DNA from: Squalus acanthias
Lineage: Eukaryota
Reading direction: 5' to 3'
Assembly: GCA_030390025.1 (NCBI GenBank)
Contig: CM059431.1
Span: forward strand, 101,496,001-101,560,000
Length of the DNA: 64,000 nucleotides
Shown here: positions 24,621-36,885 of the stretch, one piece after another
How positions within the stretch are numbered: position 1 is the stretch's first letter
Layout of the letters: each line of letters opens with the position of its first letter
Notes under the pieces: model-generated
What the model was told of the DNA's origin: nothing
Seen by the model: only the letters and a program-made list of their open reading frames with translations
Databases searched by the model: none
Translations under genes and position numbers: made by a program

Positions 24621-25597
24621 TAGGGTGGCCAACTCTGGTTGGAGGTATTCCTGGAGGTTTTAATCACATGACCTCCAACCATCCCCCCCCCCCACGCTCC
24701 CGTTATTGGTCACCTGACACACCGATCCTCGTGGTGCCCCACCTTCCCACACCAATTGGAAAGTGAACAGCCTCTTAAGAGCAGGTCAGAGGCTGGGTAT
24801 TCTGCGGCGAGTGTCTCACCTCCTGACTCCCCAAAGCCTTTCCACTATCCACAAGTTACAAGTAAGGAGTGTGATGGAATACTCTCCACTTGCCTGGATG
24901 AGTTGCAGCTCCAACAACACTCAAGAAGCTCGACACCATCCAGGACAAAGCAGCCCGCTTGATTGGCACCCCATCCACCTCCTTAAACATTCACTCCCTC
25001 CACCACCGGCGTACCGTGGCTGCAGTGTGTACCATCTACAAGATGCACTGCAGCAACTCGCCAAGGCTTCTTCGACAGCACCTCCCAAACCCGCGACCTC
25101 TTCCACCTAGAAGGACAAGGGCAGCAGGCGCATGGGAACACCACCACCTCCAAGTTCCCCTCCAAGTCACACACCATCCTGACTTAGAAGTATATCGCCG
25201 ATCCTTCATCGTCGCTGGGTCAAAATCCTGGAACTCCCTCCCTAACAGCGCTGTGGGAGTACCTTCACCACACGGACCGCAGCGGTTCAAGAAGGCGGCT
25301 CACCACCACCTTCTCAAGGGGCAACTAGGGATGGGCAATAAATGCCGGCCTTGCCAGCGATGCCCACATCCCATAAACGAATTTTTAAAAATTACCTGAT
25401 TGGATGATGCTTAACTGTCAGTCAAAGAGCATTTTTATCCTGCCTCCAATGATTTTAAGAAATGTTCGTTGAAAATCAACCAATTTTTTTTTAATGCGCC
25501 AATGATCTTTCTCCTGGGTTTGCTTGTTGCAGTGGCCTGGAGATTAATCTTCAATTCCTGGAGATTCCAGGACAATGCTGGAGGGTCGGCGACCCTA
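24621..25597 (+). mobile_element. hAT (Blackjack-like) non-autonomous element, interrupted by a LINE at ~24750-25392
   Basis: TIRs tagggtggccaac / gtcggcgacccta; degenerate 8-bp TSD ctccttgg / gtgcttgg. Confidence 0.65.
24750..25392 (+). mobile_element. CR1-superfamily LINE 3' fragment (40815 family)
   Basis: RAGQRLGILRRVSHLLTPQSLSTI; tail gggcaataaatgccggccttgccagcgatgcccacatccc. Confidence 0.85.
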
Positions 25598-25792
25598 GTG
25601 CTTGGACTCTAATTCAAGGCTATTGTCCAATGTTTGAATCCCTCCTGAACTAGCCTTCAGCTTCTTTCTGTACCTCCCTTGGTATTCTGCTCTCAACCCA
25701 CCATAGGACCAATCGCCGGGTCTTCCACAGTAGTAATCTAAACTGACCCATCATCTTCTCCCAGTGACCATCTCGCCCTGTAAGCTCTTTCA

Positions 25793-26253
25793 TCAGTGGG
25801 CAGCACTCTCGCCTCTGGGTCAGAAGGTTGTGGGTTTGAGTCCCATTCCAGAGACTCGAGCACAAAAATCTAGGCCGACACTCCAGTGCAGTGCTGAGGG
25901 AATGCTGCACTGTCGGAGGTGCTGTCTTTCAGGTGAGATGCTAAACTGAGGCCCCGTCTGCTCTCTCAGAGGGAACGTAAAAGATCCCATGGCACTATTT
26001 CGAAGAAGAGCAGGGGAGTTCTCCCCGGTGTCCTGGGCCAATACTTATCCCTCAATTAATAATTAAAAACAGATTATCTGGTCATTATCACATTGCTGTT
26101 TGTGGGAGCTTGCTGTACACCAATTTGCTGTCGTGTTTCCTACATTACAACAGTGACTGCACTTCAGAAGTACTTCATTGGCTGTAAAGTGCTTTGGGAC
26201 GTCCTGAGGTCGTGAAAGGCTCTATATAAATGCAAGTCTTTCTTTCTTTCTTT
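25793..26253 (+). mobile_element. Deu-domain SINE, 1 internal unit
   Basis: Head, Deu core and (tctt)n tail. Confidence 0.85.
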
Positions 26254-26589
26254 CTGTCCGTCTCCTCTTCTATTGGAGGTCCATGTAGGTCTGTTCTGGG
26301 TCTTCTGCTGGTCATGCTATTTATAAACAATAGAGATGAGGGTAATTTTTGTTATCTGGCTATGTGATAAGTATAAGGGAAATTGAAATCTGAACCAAAC
26401 ATTGGATGAGCCAAGGAGTGGAAGATGGATTTTACTGGGGATAAATGTACTATTTATAAATGTCCTGGGCCAATATTTATCCCTCAACCAACATCCCTAA
26501 AACAGATTATCTGGTCATTATCAAGTTGCTGTTTGTGGGAGCTTGCTGTGCACAAATTGGCTGCTGCGTTTCCCAGCAGCAGCTTTCCT

Positions 26590-27072
26590 GAGGGTGCAGA
26601 GGAGATTTACCAGAATGGTACCAGGGATGAGAGACTTCAGTCACGTGCAGAGACTGGAGAAGCTGAGATTGTTCTCCTTCGAACAGAGAAGGTGAAGGGG
26701 AGATTTAATCGAGGCGTTGAAAATCATGAAGGGTTCTGACAGAGTAAATAAGGAGAAACTGTTTCCACTGGCAGGAGGGTCAGTAACCAGAGGACACAGA
26801 TTTAATATAATTGGCAAAAAAAAGGGAAACGAAGAGAATTTTTTTTTACACAGCGAGTTGTTGTGATGTGGAATGCGCAGCCTGAAAGGGCGGTGGAAGC
26901 AGATTCAATAAAAACTTTCAAAAGGGAATTGGATAAATACATGAAAAAGAAAAATGTGCAGGGCTATGGGGAAAGAGCAAGGGGGAGTGGGACTAATTGG
27001 AGAGCTTTTTCAAAGAGCTGGCACAGACACGACAGGCTGAATGGCCTCCTTCTGTGCTGTAGGATTCTATGA
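26590..27072 (+). mobile_element. CR1 3' fragment, preceded by a Deu-SINE piece at ~26461-26573
   Basis: gagggtgcagaggagatttaccagaatgg...aggattctatg. Confidence 0.8.
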
Positions 27073-27099
27073 AATTTCAATGCAAGTCTTTCTTTCCAA

Positions 27100-27683
27100 T
27101 AGAACGAGCAGTACAATCTGCTGGGCTGTGCAAAGCAAACAGCGACAGCAGGCTTAAGTACGGGTCCAGAGAGATAGCTGGGGGAGTTTTGTTTTTTTGA
27201 AGATGTGTGGGTGATATTTTTTGTGCATAACTTTCCTTTCGAGTGATCTCTCCTTCTCCCTCTCCCTCTCTGTTGTATTTCCTTGTTACTTTCACCTGTG
27301 GGGTGAAGGCAGTGGATAGTGTGTGAGAGAGGGCGGTGCAGCTTACGCAGCAAGCCTCTGCTATTGAGTTCACCAGCCTTTTCTCTGCTCCGGGACGGTA
27401 GACCACTCGAGTAACAGCGGGAGAGCTTGGTCTGCCCATCTTTTTGTCCTAATTTAAAAAAGAAACCATCCTCAGTCCCATTGCCCCACTGAGACCATTC
27501 CCAGACCTCAAAGCCAAGAGAAGAAGCGAGGAACATTCAAGAGGAGGAGCAGGAATTGGGTCGAGGAGCATGTGAATCTTGCCCGAGGAGCTCGGGAAGC
27601 TGGGGGGAGAAGTGTGGAAGGTCTTGTGTCCCCCCCACCCCCCTCCCGAGGGGGGCTGAGGTTATGTTAGGAGAGTCCCAGAC
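27100..27683 (+). promoter_or_regulatory. Putative promoter/5' UTR of the DOCK-D gene
   Basis: Repeat-free stretch that becomes GC/CpG-rich towards the ATG; GC box gggcgg at ~27331. The TSS cannot be determined from sequence. Confidence 0.55.
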
Positions 27684-27788
27684 ATGGCTCAGGAAACACG
27701 GAGGTTCACCAGGGGTCTGAGCAAGCCGGGCACGGCGGCCGAGCTCCGGCAGAGCGTCTCCGAGGTGGTCAGGACCTCCGTCTTCATG
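27684..27788 (+). CDS. DOCK9: First coding exon of a DOCK-D family Cdc42 GEF (Zizimin), most like DOCK9; DOCK11 not excluded
   Basis: [35 protein letters not shown] matches the DOCK9 N-terminus as I recall it ([32 protein letters not shown]). Strong Kozak context gacATGg; phase-0 donor ATG|GTGAGT at 27789. Confidence 0.85.
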
Positions 27789-27989
27789 GTGAGTCACCCC
27801 CGCCTCTCTCTGCTGCTTCCCCCCGGGGAGAGGGGAGCCGGGCAGGGCAGGGGGAGCGTCGCCCGTCCCTCTCTTCCTCTCTCCTTCTCCCTCTCCCTCT
27901 CTCTCTATCTGTATCCTTTCCATTGTCACCGCTTGGGGCCTGGTTACAATGTAGCTCACAGTAGCCAGGCACTGCAACATCGGAGCTGG

Positions 27990-28440
27990 CAGAGAGAGAG
28001 AGAGAGAGAGCTTGTTCATTGTACCGCTCCTGAGGGCCAGAGTGCAAGTGTGTGTGTCTTAATATGTATCTGTCTGTCGACATATATATATATATATATA
28101 TATGTCTGTATGTATGTCTGTCTGTGTGTGTGTCATTACCAATCTATATATTATATGACACACTAATTTATTTATATATATATACACGTATTATCTATAA
28201 TGTGTGTGTATATATATATATATATATTATATATGACACACTCGTATATATGCACCTTTTCCATAATGATTGCCAATATATATTTGTGTATTTGTCTGTA
28301 TATTTGTCTGTGTGTCAGTATATTTGTGTGTGGGTCTGTGTGTGTGTCTGTGTATATTTAACTATTTGTGTGTCTGTGTGTTTGTCTGTATATTTGTCTG
28401 TGTATATTTGTCTGAGTGTGTGTATATCTCTATGTCTGCG
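27990..28440. repeat. Compound (GA)n/(TA)n/(TG)n microsatellite region
   Basis: Read directly from the sequence. Confidence 0.9.
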
Positions 28441-28625
28441 CGAACAGTAAATTACTTTATTTGAAATTTTGTTTGTTTATTACTGTTTTTGTTAATTATC
28501 ACACTTTCAAATCAGTTTTTTTGAGTTTTGTGATGATCTGCATTTGCTTAATTGTCTTAAATGAGTGTAAAAAGGAACATTGCATCCCCCTTTACGTGGT
28601 TGTTATGTTGTATATTTCATAAAGT

Positions 28626-28865
28626 ATCATACAGCACAGAGGGAGGCCATTCGGCCCATCGTGCCTGTGCCGGCTCTTTGAAAGAGCTCTCCAATTAGTC
28701 CCACTCCCCCTGCTCTTTCCCCACAGCCCTGTAAATTTTTCCTTTTCAAGTATACATTCTATTCCCTTTTGAAAGTTATTATTGAATTTGCTTCTACCGC
28801 CCTTTCAGGCAGCGTGTTCCAGATCAGAACTCGCGTTTAAAAAAAAAAGTCTTCTCATCTCCCCT
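28626..28865 (-). mobile_element. CR1 3' tail fragment
   Basis: ggaggccattcggcccatcgtgcctgtgccggctc. Confidence 0.8.
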
Positions 28866-29202
28866 TGTAAGGGGCAAGGTGGCGATGCTGTTAAGCCTGT
28901 TTGTTCGTGCAGCCGACTGTGTTTTACACGCAAAATGGTTTCCTGATTGAGATGATCTATTTTTGTTTCTTGATTTGATGTTTTAACTTTTTGTGAAAGT
29001 TATAGGTTACCTCTCAAAACAAACAACACTTCTGACAAAAGTTGGTTTAAGGTAGAATTCCCTTGCATGTTACTTGCATTTAAAAGCTGTGCGCTTCGAG
29101 TAGTTTTGACAACTTTATTTTATAGTATTTGTGGACAAATCCAATTTTCTAAAATGCCCAACTTTACAGTAGTCCATTTTAAGAATGTTCAATATACACA
29201 CA

Positions 29203-29380
29203 CAACAACTTGCATTTATATAGCGCCTTTTAATGTAGTAAAACGCCCCAAGATGCTTCACAGGAGTGTTGCCAGAAAAAAACCTGACACCAAGCCACAT
29301 AAGGAGAAATGAGCTTGGTCAAAGAGGTAGGTTTTAAGGAGCGTATTGAAGTAGGAGAGAGAGGCGGGAAGGTTTAGGGA
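29203..29380 (-). mobile_element. L2 tail fragment
   Basis: caacaacttgcatttatatagcgcc... Confidence 0.8.
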
Positions 29381-29707
29381 TAGTTATTTCACTGTCCACA
29401 AGTTCTATTTAACACAGAGATAATAAAACTTAAATGGTTAGCAGCCGTGCACGGTATTTCAGAATTCATTGGAGCTCCCATTTTAAGATTCTACTAGAGA
29501 TGTTGAACGACAGAATTGAAGTTGATCAGTAATGGTGAGTTCCAAACTTGAACAAAATGCTTCTGCAACTCAGCTCATGGTTTTTGATGCTCATCAGTGT
29601 ATGAATGCTTCATACTTATGAAGGTGACTGCAAGTCTGTTCACCAGGTATGTTTGCAAATAAGAGCAACACAGTTTTATTTGATATCGTGACCTTTTTAC
29701 TACAATA

Positions 29708-30163
29708 CAGGGTTGTCCTATGAGGAGAGATTGAGTAGATTGGGCCGATACTCTCCGGAAATTAGAAGCATGAGAGGTGATCTCATTGAAACATAGAAGA
29801 TTCTGAAGGGGATTGACAGGGTAGATGCTGAGAGGTTGTTTCCCCTGGCTGGAGAGTGTAGGACTAGGGGGCACAGTCTCAGAATAAGGGGTCGGCCATT
29901 TAGAAACTGAGATGAGGAGGAATTTCTTCACTCAGAGGGTTGTGAATCTTTGGAATTCTCTACCCCAGAGGGCTGTGGATGCTCAGTCGTTGAGTATATT
30001 CAAGGCTGAGATAGATAGATTTTTGGACTCTAGGGGAATGAAGGGATATGGGGATCGGGCAGGAAAGTGGAGTTGAGGTCGAAGATCAGCCATGATCTTA
30101 TTGAATGGCGGAGCAGGCTCGAGGTGCCGTACGGCCTACTCCTGCCCCTATTTCATATGCTCT
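29708..30163 (+). mobile_element. CR1 3' fragment
   Basis: gggttgtcctatgaggagagattgag...ggcctactcctgcccctatttc. Confidence 0.85.
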
Positions 30164-30195
30164 TAATTGTTTAAAATTAATAATCCAATTAATTA

Positions 30196-30530
30196 TAGAA
30201 TGATACAGCACAGGAGGAGGCCATTTGGCCCATCGTGCCAGTACTGGCGCTCTCAAAGAGCTCCCACTGGCCTCTGCTCTTTCCCCACAGCCTTGCAAAT
30301 CTTTCCTTTTCAAGTATTTATCCAATTCCCGTTTGAAAGTTACTATTGAATCTGCTTCCACCGCCCTTTCAGGCAGCGCGTTCCAGATCACAACAACTCG
30401 CTGCGTAAAAACATTTCTCCTCGTCTTTCCCCCCCCCCCCCCCCCCCCCGGTTTTTTATTTTGCCAATGATCTTCAATCCGAGTCCTCTGGTTACCGACC
30501 CTCCTGCCAGTGGAAACCGTTTCTCCTTTT
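30196..30530 (-). mobile_element. CR1 3' fragment
   Basis: RRNVFTQRVVVIWNALPERAVEADS. Confidence 0.85.
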
Positions 30531-30668
30531 AAAGGGCATTTTGATTTTGGGAACCTGCTGTAACTAACTGGCAGTATTGTGGCCCTCATTTGCTTGTATT
30601 TGCATGAAGAAAGATGAAGTGATTGTTTATCCTGCTTGCATTGGAACTGATTCATGTCTGCTTAATGT

Positions 30669-30850
30669 ATGATGTGGAGATGCCGGTGTTGGGCTGGGGT
30701 GGACAAATGTGAGAAGTCGCACAACACCAGGTTATAGTCCAACAGCTTTATTTGAAATCACAAGCTTTCGGAACACTGCTCCTTCATCAGGTGAAGTGAA
30801 GAGATGCATATAGGCACAGCATATATAGTCAGAGAACACTGCCAGATGAT
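30669..30850 (-). mobile_element. Penelope-like terminal fragment (family 2)
   Basis: Homologous to 12279-12410. Confidence 0.65.
30758..30794 (-). ncRNA. Minimal hammerhead ribozyme motif (family 2)
   Basis: Minus strand reads tcac-CTGATGA-a-ggagc agt gttcc-GAAAGCTT-gtga; stem I is tcac/gtga. Confidence 0.75.
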
Positions 30851-31134
30851 TACAGTTAATCTTTCTAACTGCCCTTAGAAACAGAATCACACGTGACATT
30901 AGAAAAGAATATTACCTGTATCTTAAAAAAAAATTGCAAGCAATACAAAAATCAGATATCCCTTATTCTATGGGCCATGATACTTGCTGAGGTCGTAATT
31001 ATAAACATCCGACCCCAGTGTTTTTAAATAATGGGTTTTTGTGCCACTCTTAATTTGGAGCAGGTTGACTGGAGTGGATTATCTTATTGTTTGAATTGGC
31101 AGTTTTGTAATTGTGTTGCATTAGAATACATAAA

Positions 31135-32572
31135 ACATAGAAACATAGAACAGTACAGCACAGTACAGGCCCTTCGGCCCTCGATGTTGTGCCGAGCATT
31201 GTCCGAAACCAAGATCAAGCTATCCCACTCCCTATCATTCTGGTGTGCTCCATGTGCTTATCCAATAACCACTTGAAAGTTCCTAAAGTGTCCGACTCCG
31301 CTATCACAGCAGGCAGTCCATTCCACACCCCAACCACTCTCTGAGTAAAGAATCTACCTCGGACATCCCTTCTATATCTCCCCCCATGCACCTTATAGTT
31401 ATGCCCCCTCGTAACAGCTACATCCACCCGAGGAAATAGTCTCTGAACATCCACTCTATCTATCCCCCTCATCATCTTATAAACCTCTATTAAGTCGCCT
31501 CTCATCCTCCTCCGCTCTAAAGAAAAAAGCCCTAGCTCCCTCAATCTTTCCTCATAAGACCTCCCCCCCCAAACCAGGCAGCATCCTGGTAAATCTCCTT
31601 TGCACTCTTTCCAATGCTTCCACGTCCTTCCTATAGTGAGGTGACCAGAACTGCACACAATATTCCAAATGTGGTCTCACCAAGGTCCTGTACAGTTGCA
31701 GCATAACCTCACGGTTCTTAAACTCAAACCCCTTGTTAATAAACGCTAACACACTATAGGCCTTTTTTACTGCTCTATCCACTTGAGTGGCAACCTTCAG
31801 AGATCTGTGGATATGAACCCCCAGATCCCTCTGTTCCTCCATGTTCCTCAGAACCCTGCCATTGACCCTGTAATCCTTATTCAAATTTGCCCTACCAAAA
31901 TGAATCACCTCGCACTTATCAGGGTTAAATTCCATCTGCCATTTTTCGGCCCAGCTCTGCATCCTATCAATGTCTCTTTGCGGCCTACAACAGCCCTCCA
32001 CCTCATCCACTGCTCCACCAATCTTGGTGTCATCAGCAAATTTACTGATCCACCCTTCAGTCCCCTCCTCCAAGTCATTGATAAAAATCACAAACAGCAG
32101 AGGACCCAGCACCGACCCCTGTGGCACACCGCTGGTAACTGGTCTCCAGTCCGAAAATTTTCCATCCACCACCACCCTCTGCCTTCTATGAGATAGCCAG
32201 TTACTTATCCAATCGGCCAAATTTCCCTCTATCCCACAACTCCTTACTTTCTTCATGAGCCGACCATGGGGAACCTTATCAAACGCCTTACTAAAATCCA
32301 TGTATACGACATCAACTGCTCTACCTTCATCTACACACTTAGTTACCTCCTCAAAGAATTCAATCAAATTTGTTAGGCAAGACTTACCCTTCACGAATCC
32401 GTGTTGACTATCCCGGATTAAGTTGCATCTTTCCAAATGGTCATAAATCCTATCCCTCAGGACCTTTTCCATTATCTTACCAACCACCGAAGTAAGACTA
32501 ACCGGCCTATAATTACCAGGGTCATTCCTATTTCCTTTCTTGAAGAGAGGAACAACATTTGCCACTCTCCAG
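31135..32572 (-). mobile_element. CR1 LINE with an RT domain and one frameshift in a homopolymer near 31565
   Basis: ANVVPLFKKG..NYRPVSL..QHGF..MDFSKAFD..GVPQGSVLGP..FADD. Confidence 0.95.
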
Positions 32573-32651
32573 TCCTCATACTAACTCAATCGCTAGGTAT
32601 TTACAGGGGAATATTGTGATGCAATATAATACAGAGAGCAGTGAGCCTCTG

Positions 32652-33230
32652 GAACATAAGAACATAAGAAATAGGAGCAGGAGTCGGCCATACGGCCCCT
32701 CGAGCCTGCTCCGCCATTCAATAAGATCATGGCTGATCATCGACCTCAACTCCACTTTCCCGCCCGATCCCCATATCCCTCGATTCCCCTGGAGTCCAAA
32801 AATCTATCGATCTCAGCCTTGAATATACTCAGCGACTCGGCATCCACAGCCCTCTGGGGCAGAGAATTCCAAAGATTGCCGGGTGGTGCGGTGGGTGCTG
32901 ACTCTCTGCATTGCCTTCAAGAGGGAGCTGGAGCGGCTCCTGACTGGGGCAGAGATCGCAACATACAGAAGGTCAGTGGACTTACAGAGAGCGCTTGGTC
33001 CGTGTGATCGCACCGACTGGTTTCGGTCGCCTGAGTGGGTGGGAGAGGAATATTCCAGAGTATTTGTTCCCTTATTGGCCCCTGTTTTTGTTTTTTTTGC
33101 CTCTCCCGGGAGATTACACGGCTGCGGGAGAGGTCGCGAGTATCTGGTCTCGATGCTTCAGCCATCGTGGTGTCGGGCAAGGCTTGATGGGCCAGCTGGC
33201 CTTTTCCTGCCCCGTCACTTTTGTGCGTTG
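32652..33230. mobile_element. CR1 tail (minus, 32652-32876) abutting a different CR1-like 3' end (plus, 32877-33230)
   Basis: (aacataag)n tail, then ...FKRELERLL and a gatgggccagctggccttttcctgccc terminus. Confidence 0.65.
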
Positions 33231-34516
33231 GGTTGTAACTGTTTTGTTGCTTGTTCCTGGAAAGGTTTTGGTGAACTCTCACTGATTGTGACGAAATTGT
33301 TTAGCGTTCAGTGTGAACATGATCATGTCCTCGATCTGCTCTGCTGCCTGCCCCAACAACGCCACGGTAGATACGATATTTCTGGGCACCTGGAAAGGTT
33401 GCCAAACGAGCGTCTCACTAAGAGGTTTAGATGATGTTTGATACCATCTGTACCCTTCAGTGAGATTGGTGTTGGGGAATCCCTCCCATTTAAAGCCACA
33501 ACAAGTTTTTTAAACTTCACAAAAGCTTATTAGATGGGAGTTCTGACTGATGTTAAAAAAGAAATACTCTGGTATAAGAAATATATGAATACAATAGAAA
33601 TGTTTTGCTTTGGAATAATCGGACCATTGATCAAGTCTGGAGGATACTGACTGCTGTAAGGCAAGTGCAAGAGAGAGGCCAGGAAACATTTCTTCACACA
33701 CACACAATCATAGAATGATAACCGCACAGAAGGAGGCCATTCGGCCCGTCGTGCCAATGTTGGCTCTATCCAATCAGTCACACTCCCCCTGCTCTCTTCC
33801 CATAGCCCTGCACATTTTCCCCTTCGAGTATTTAAGGGAGACACACACTGATAATACCTGGAATGGTCTTCGAGGTAGGGTAACACTTGAATGCTATGGT
33901 GTGACGCGCCATGGGATGTTTTACTACATTGACGGCGCTTTATATAAATGCAAGACTTTGTTGTAGTTTGATGTAGCCTTCCATGGAAGGATGGGCTGAA
34001 TGGTCTCTTCATCTATATTTGTCTTTGGGACTTAAAATGTAAGTAGTTTACTAATGGCAAATCCTGAAGAGTAGCAGAATATTCAAGGATTAATTATAGA
34101 CACGTGCCAGATTTATTTTGAATCATTCTGTGCCGAGGGAGTATTTAAAACCAATGAAGAGGACCCTGTACACGTATTGTGGCTTGGGCAGCCATTATAA
34201 TGTACAGCTTGGACTTTCTCACTCTTGAGAAATGGCCAACTTTGTGTGCAAGTGCGAATTGATTGCACTTTTCAAGAGCCAATTGGCAATCAAAAGTGTG
34301 ATTATCCGAGATGGCGAATTTACCGAGCTAGAAAGTCAATCTTTTTCATTGCTGGTTCTAAGGATGCAGCTTTAAATAAAATAAATTAAAATATTGAACT
34401 TGGTATCTGGAAGGATGATTAAGTGCTTTTGAATACTGATCAAAACTCGCATTAAAAATACAGTATGCTGAGATTAGGGACAGGAGGAGGCTATTCAGCC
34501 CCTTGAGCTTGTTCCA

Positions 34517-34933
34517 CCACCTTAAACATTCACTCCCTCCACCACCAGCGTACCGTGGCTACAGTGTGGACCATCTATAAGATGCACTGCAGCAACTCGC
34601 CAAGGCTTCTTCCGCAGCACCTCCCAAACCCGCGACCTCTTCCACCTAGAAGGACCAGGGCAGCAGGCGCATGGGAACACCACCACCTGCAAGTTCCCCT
34701 CCAAGTCACACACCATCCTGACTTGGAAGTATATCGGCCGTTCCTTCATCGTCGCTGGGTCAAAATCCTGGAACTCCCTCCCTAACAGCGCTGTGGGAGC
34801 ACCTTCACCACACGGACTGCAGCGGTTCAAGAAGGCGGCTCACCACCACCTTCTCAAGGGCAATTAGGAATGGGCAATAAATGCTGGCCTTGCCAGTGAT
34901 GCCCACATCCCATAAATGAATTTTTAAAAAAAA
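34517..34933 (+). mobile_element. CR1-superfamily LINE 3' fragment (40815 family), nested in a CR1 tail
   Basis: Near-identical to 24977-25390. Confidence 0.85.
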
Positions 34934-35564
34934 GTTAGATCATGGCTGATCTGTGTCTGAACTCCATCCACCTGCCTTGGTTCCGTTACCCTTAATACCC
35001 TTACCCAACAAAAATCCATCGACCTCAGTTTGGAAATTTTCAATTGAATAACGTTTTAAGTGCTCTGTTTATTTTGGGTAGGAACAGCTGTGTTTACGCA
35101 TTAGCTTTCCCGAAATGTAATAAAAGAGCCTCTGGCAGTATTCGATAAAGTTGGAAAAACAAACTTTTTATTTTCACCCCATTGAAATTATGGGCAATAT
35201 AATTTTAAACTAATAATGATGGGTGCACACACATTGCTCCAAGCTCAAGGCGTTCAAAGAGACTGAGCTACTGCTGCAGGTACAAAACCGCGCTGGGTAA
35301 TCTCGCTGAGACTCTGCAAAAGCTTGCATGAAACATATTAAGGCTTGATCAGTTGGCTGTTCTTGCATTCAATTTTCTACAGGAATTTTTTTTCAACACT
35401 TTATTGACAATTTGTTGTTACAGAACAGGTCTCGATCAATTAATGTTCCTTCTCATGCTTTGGAGGTGGTTAAAGAGGTTTAAAAGACCCTTTGGCAAAT
35501 GTTTATGTTATTCAAATCGGTATGAAGTGTTTAGGACTGCATCAGGGATACAAGCCAATGTGCG

Positions 35565-35898
35565 CAGTGCAGTACTGAGGGAGCGCTGCACTGTTGGAGA
35601 TGAGACGTTAAACCGAGGCCCCGTCTACCCTCTCAGGTGGACATAAAAGATCCCATGGCCACTATTGGAAGAAGAGTTCTCCCCGGTGTCCTGGTCAATA
35701 CTTATCCCTCAGCCGACATCATTAAAACAGATAGTCTGGTCATTATCACCTTGCTGTTTGTGGGATCTTGCTGTGCGCAAATTGGCTGCCGCGTTTCCTA
35801 CATTGCAACAGTGACTACACTTCCAAAAGTACTTCACTGGCTGTAAAGCGCTTTGGGACGTCCTGAGGTCGGGAAAGCCGCTGTAGAAATGCAGGTTC
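35565..35898 (+). mobile_element. Deu-domain SINE, 5'-truncated
   Basis: Deu core and tail. Confidence 0.85.
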
Positions 35899-36287
35899 AT
35901 CTAATAAATGCATACTTTAAACAACTCTAGATCAAATGATGAGCTTTATGTTTGAACTGCAGGATACAAAGCATCGAGTGTGGGGTGACAACATGGTCTG
36001 GAAGCGTGTACTGGAATTAGGAGGAACGGTGCGCTTCTGCTATTTAACTGTTATCTCGTTACCCCTATTTAAATTACGGAGGATTGTTGCTGAATCTAGC
36101 TGGCTGATACTGTGGGCAGGTTCAGCAGCAACAGGGAGGTGGGCAGGTGAACGGTTTCACGCTGTTGTGCGAAGTCATTTTTGCAACTTTTTGCCACTCT
36201 GCAGTGTAAACAACCAGGGCCTTTCAGCATCGGGCCGGAATGGTGAAATTGCATCGCTGGCCCTTCGTGTTGTCAACTCTGGTTGGA

Positions 36288-36708
36288 TGTATTCACTAGA
36301 GTTTAGAAGAATGAGCGGGGATCTCATTGAAACGTATAAAATTCTGACCGGGCTAGACAGACTGGATGCAGGGAGGATGTTTCCCCTGGCTGGGGGGGTC
36401 GAGAACGAGGGGTCACAGTCTCAGGATACGGGGTAGGATATTTAGGACTGAGATGAGGAGAAATTTCTTCACTCAGAGGGTGGTGAACCTGTGGAATTCT
36501 CTACCACAGAAGGCTGTGGAGGCCAAGTCACTGAATATATTTAAGAAGGAGATAGATAGATTTCTAGACACAAAAGGCATCAAGGGGTATGGGGAGAGAG
36601 CGGGAATATGGTATTGAGATAGAGGATCAGCCATGATCATATTGAATGGCGGAGCAGGCTCGAAGGGCCGAATGGCCTACTCCTGCTCCTATTTTTCTAT
36701 GTTTCTAT
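36288..36708 (+). mobile_element. CR1 3' fragment
   Basis: [18 protein letters not shown], then the tail. Confidence 0.9.
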
Positions 36709-36885
36709 ATATTCCTGGAGGTTTCATCACAAGACCTCTCGCCTCCAACAGCCCCACTTGGCCAACCAGCCTTTTTTCTCATCTCCAATACTTCTATAAC
36801 TATAAAACAAAAGTTTTCAAAGAAAATGTAAAAAAAACAAACCCACACAGTTCTTTTTAATGCCTCTTATTAATGACTCTGACTG

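Noticed and set aside
27789..28166. 160-aa ORF continuing past the DOCK-like N-terminus
   Set aside because: Homology ends at the GTGAGT donor; the rest is low-complexity intron.
28052..28622. Hydrophobic Tyr/Ile/Val/Cys-rich ORFs
   Set aside because: They are translations of (TA)n/(TG)n microsatellites.
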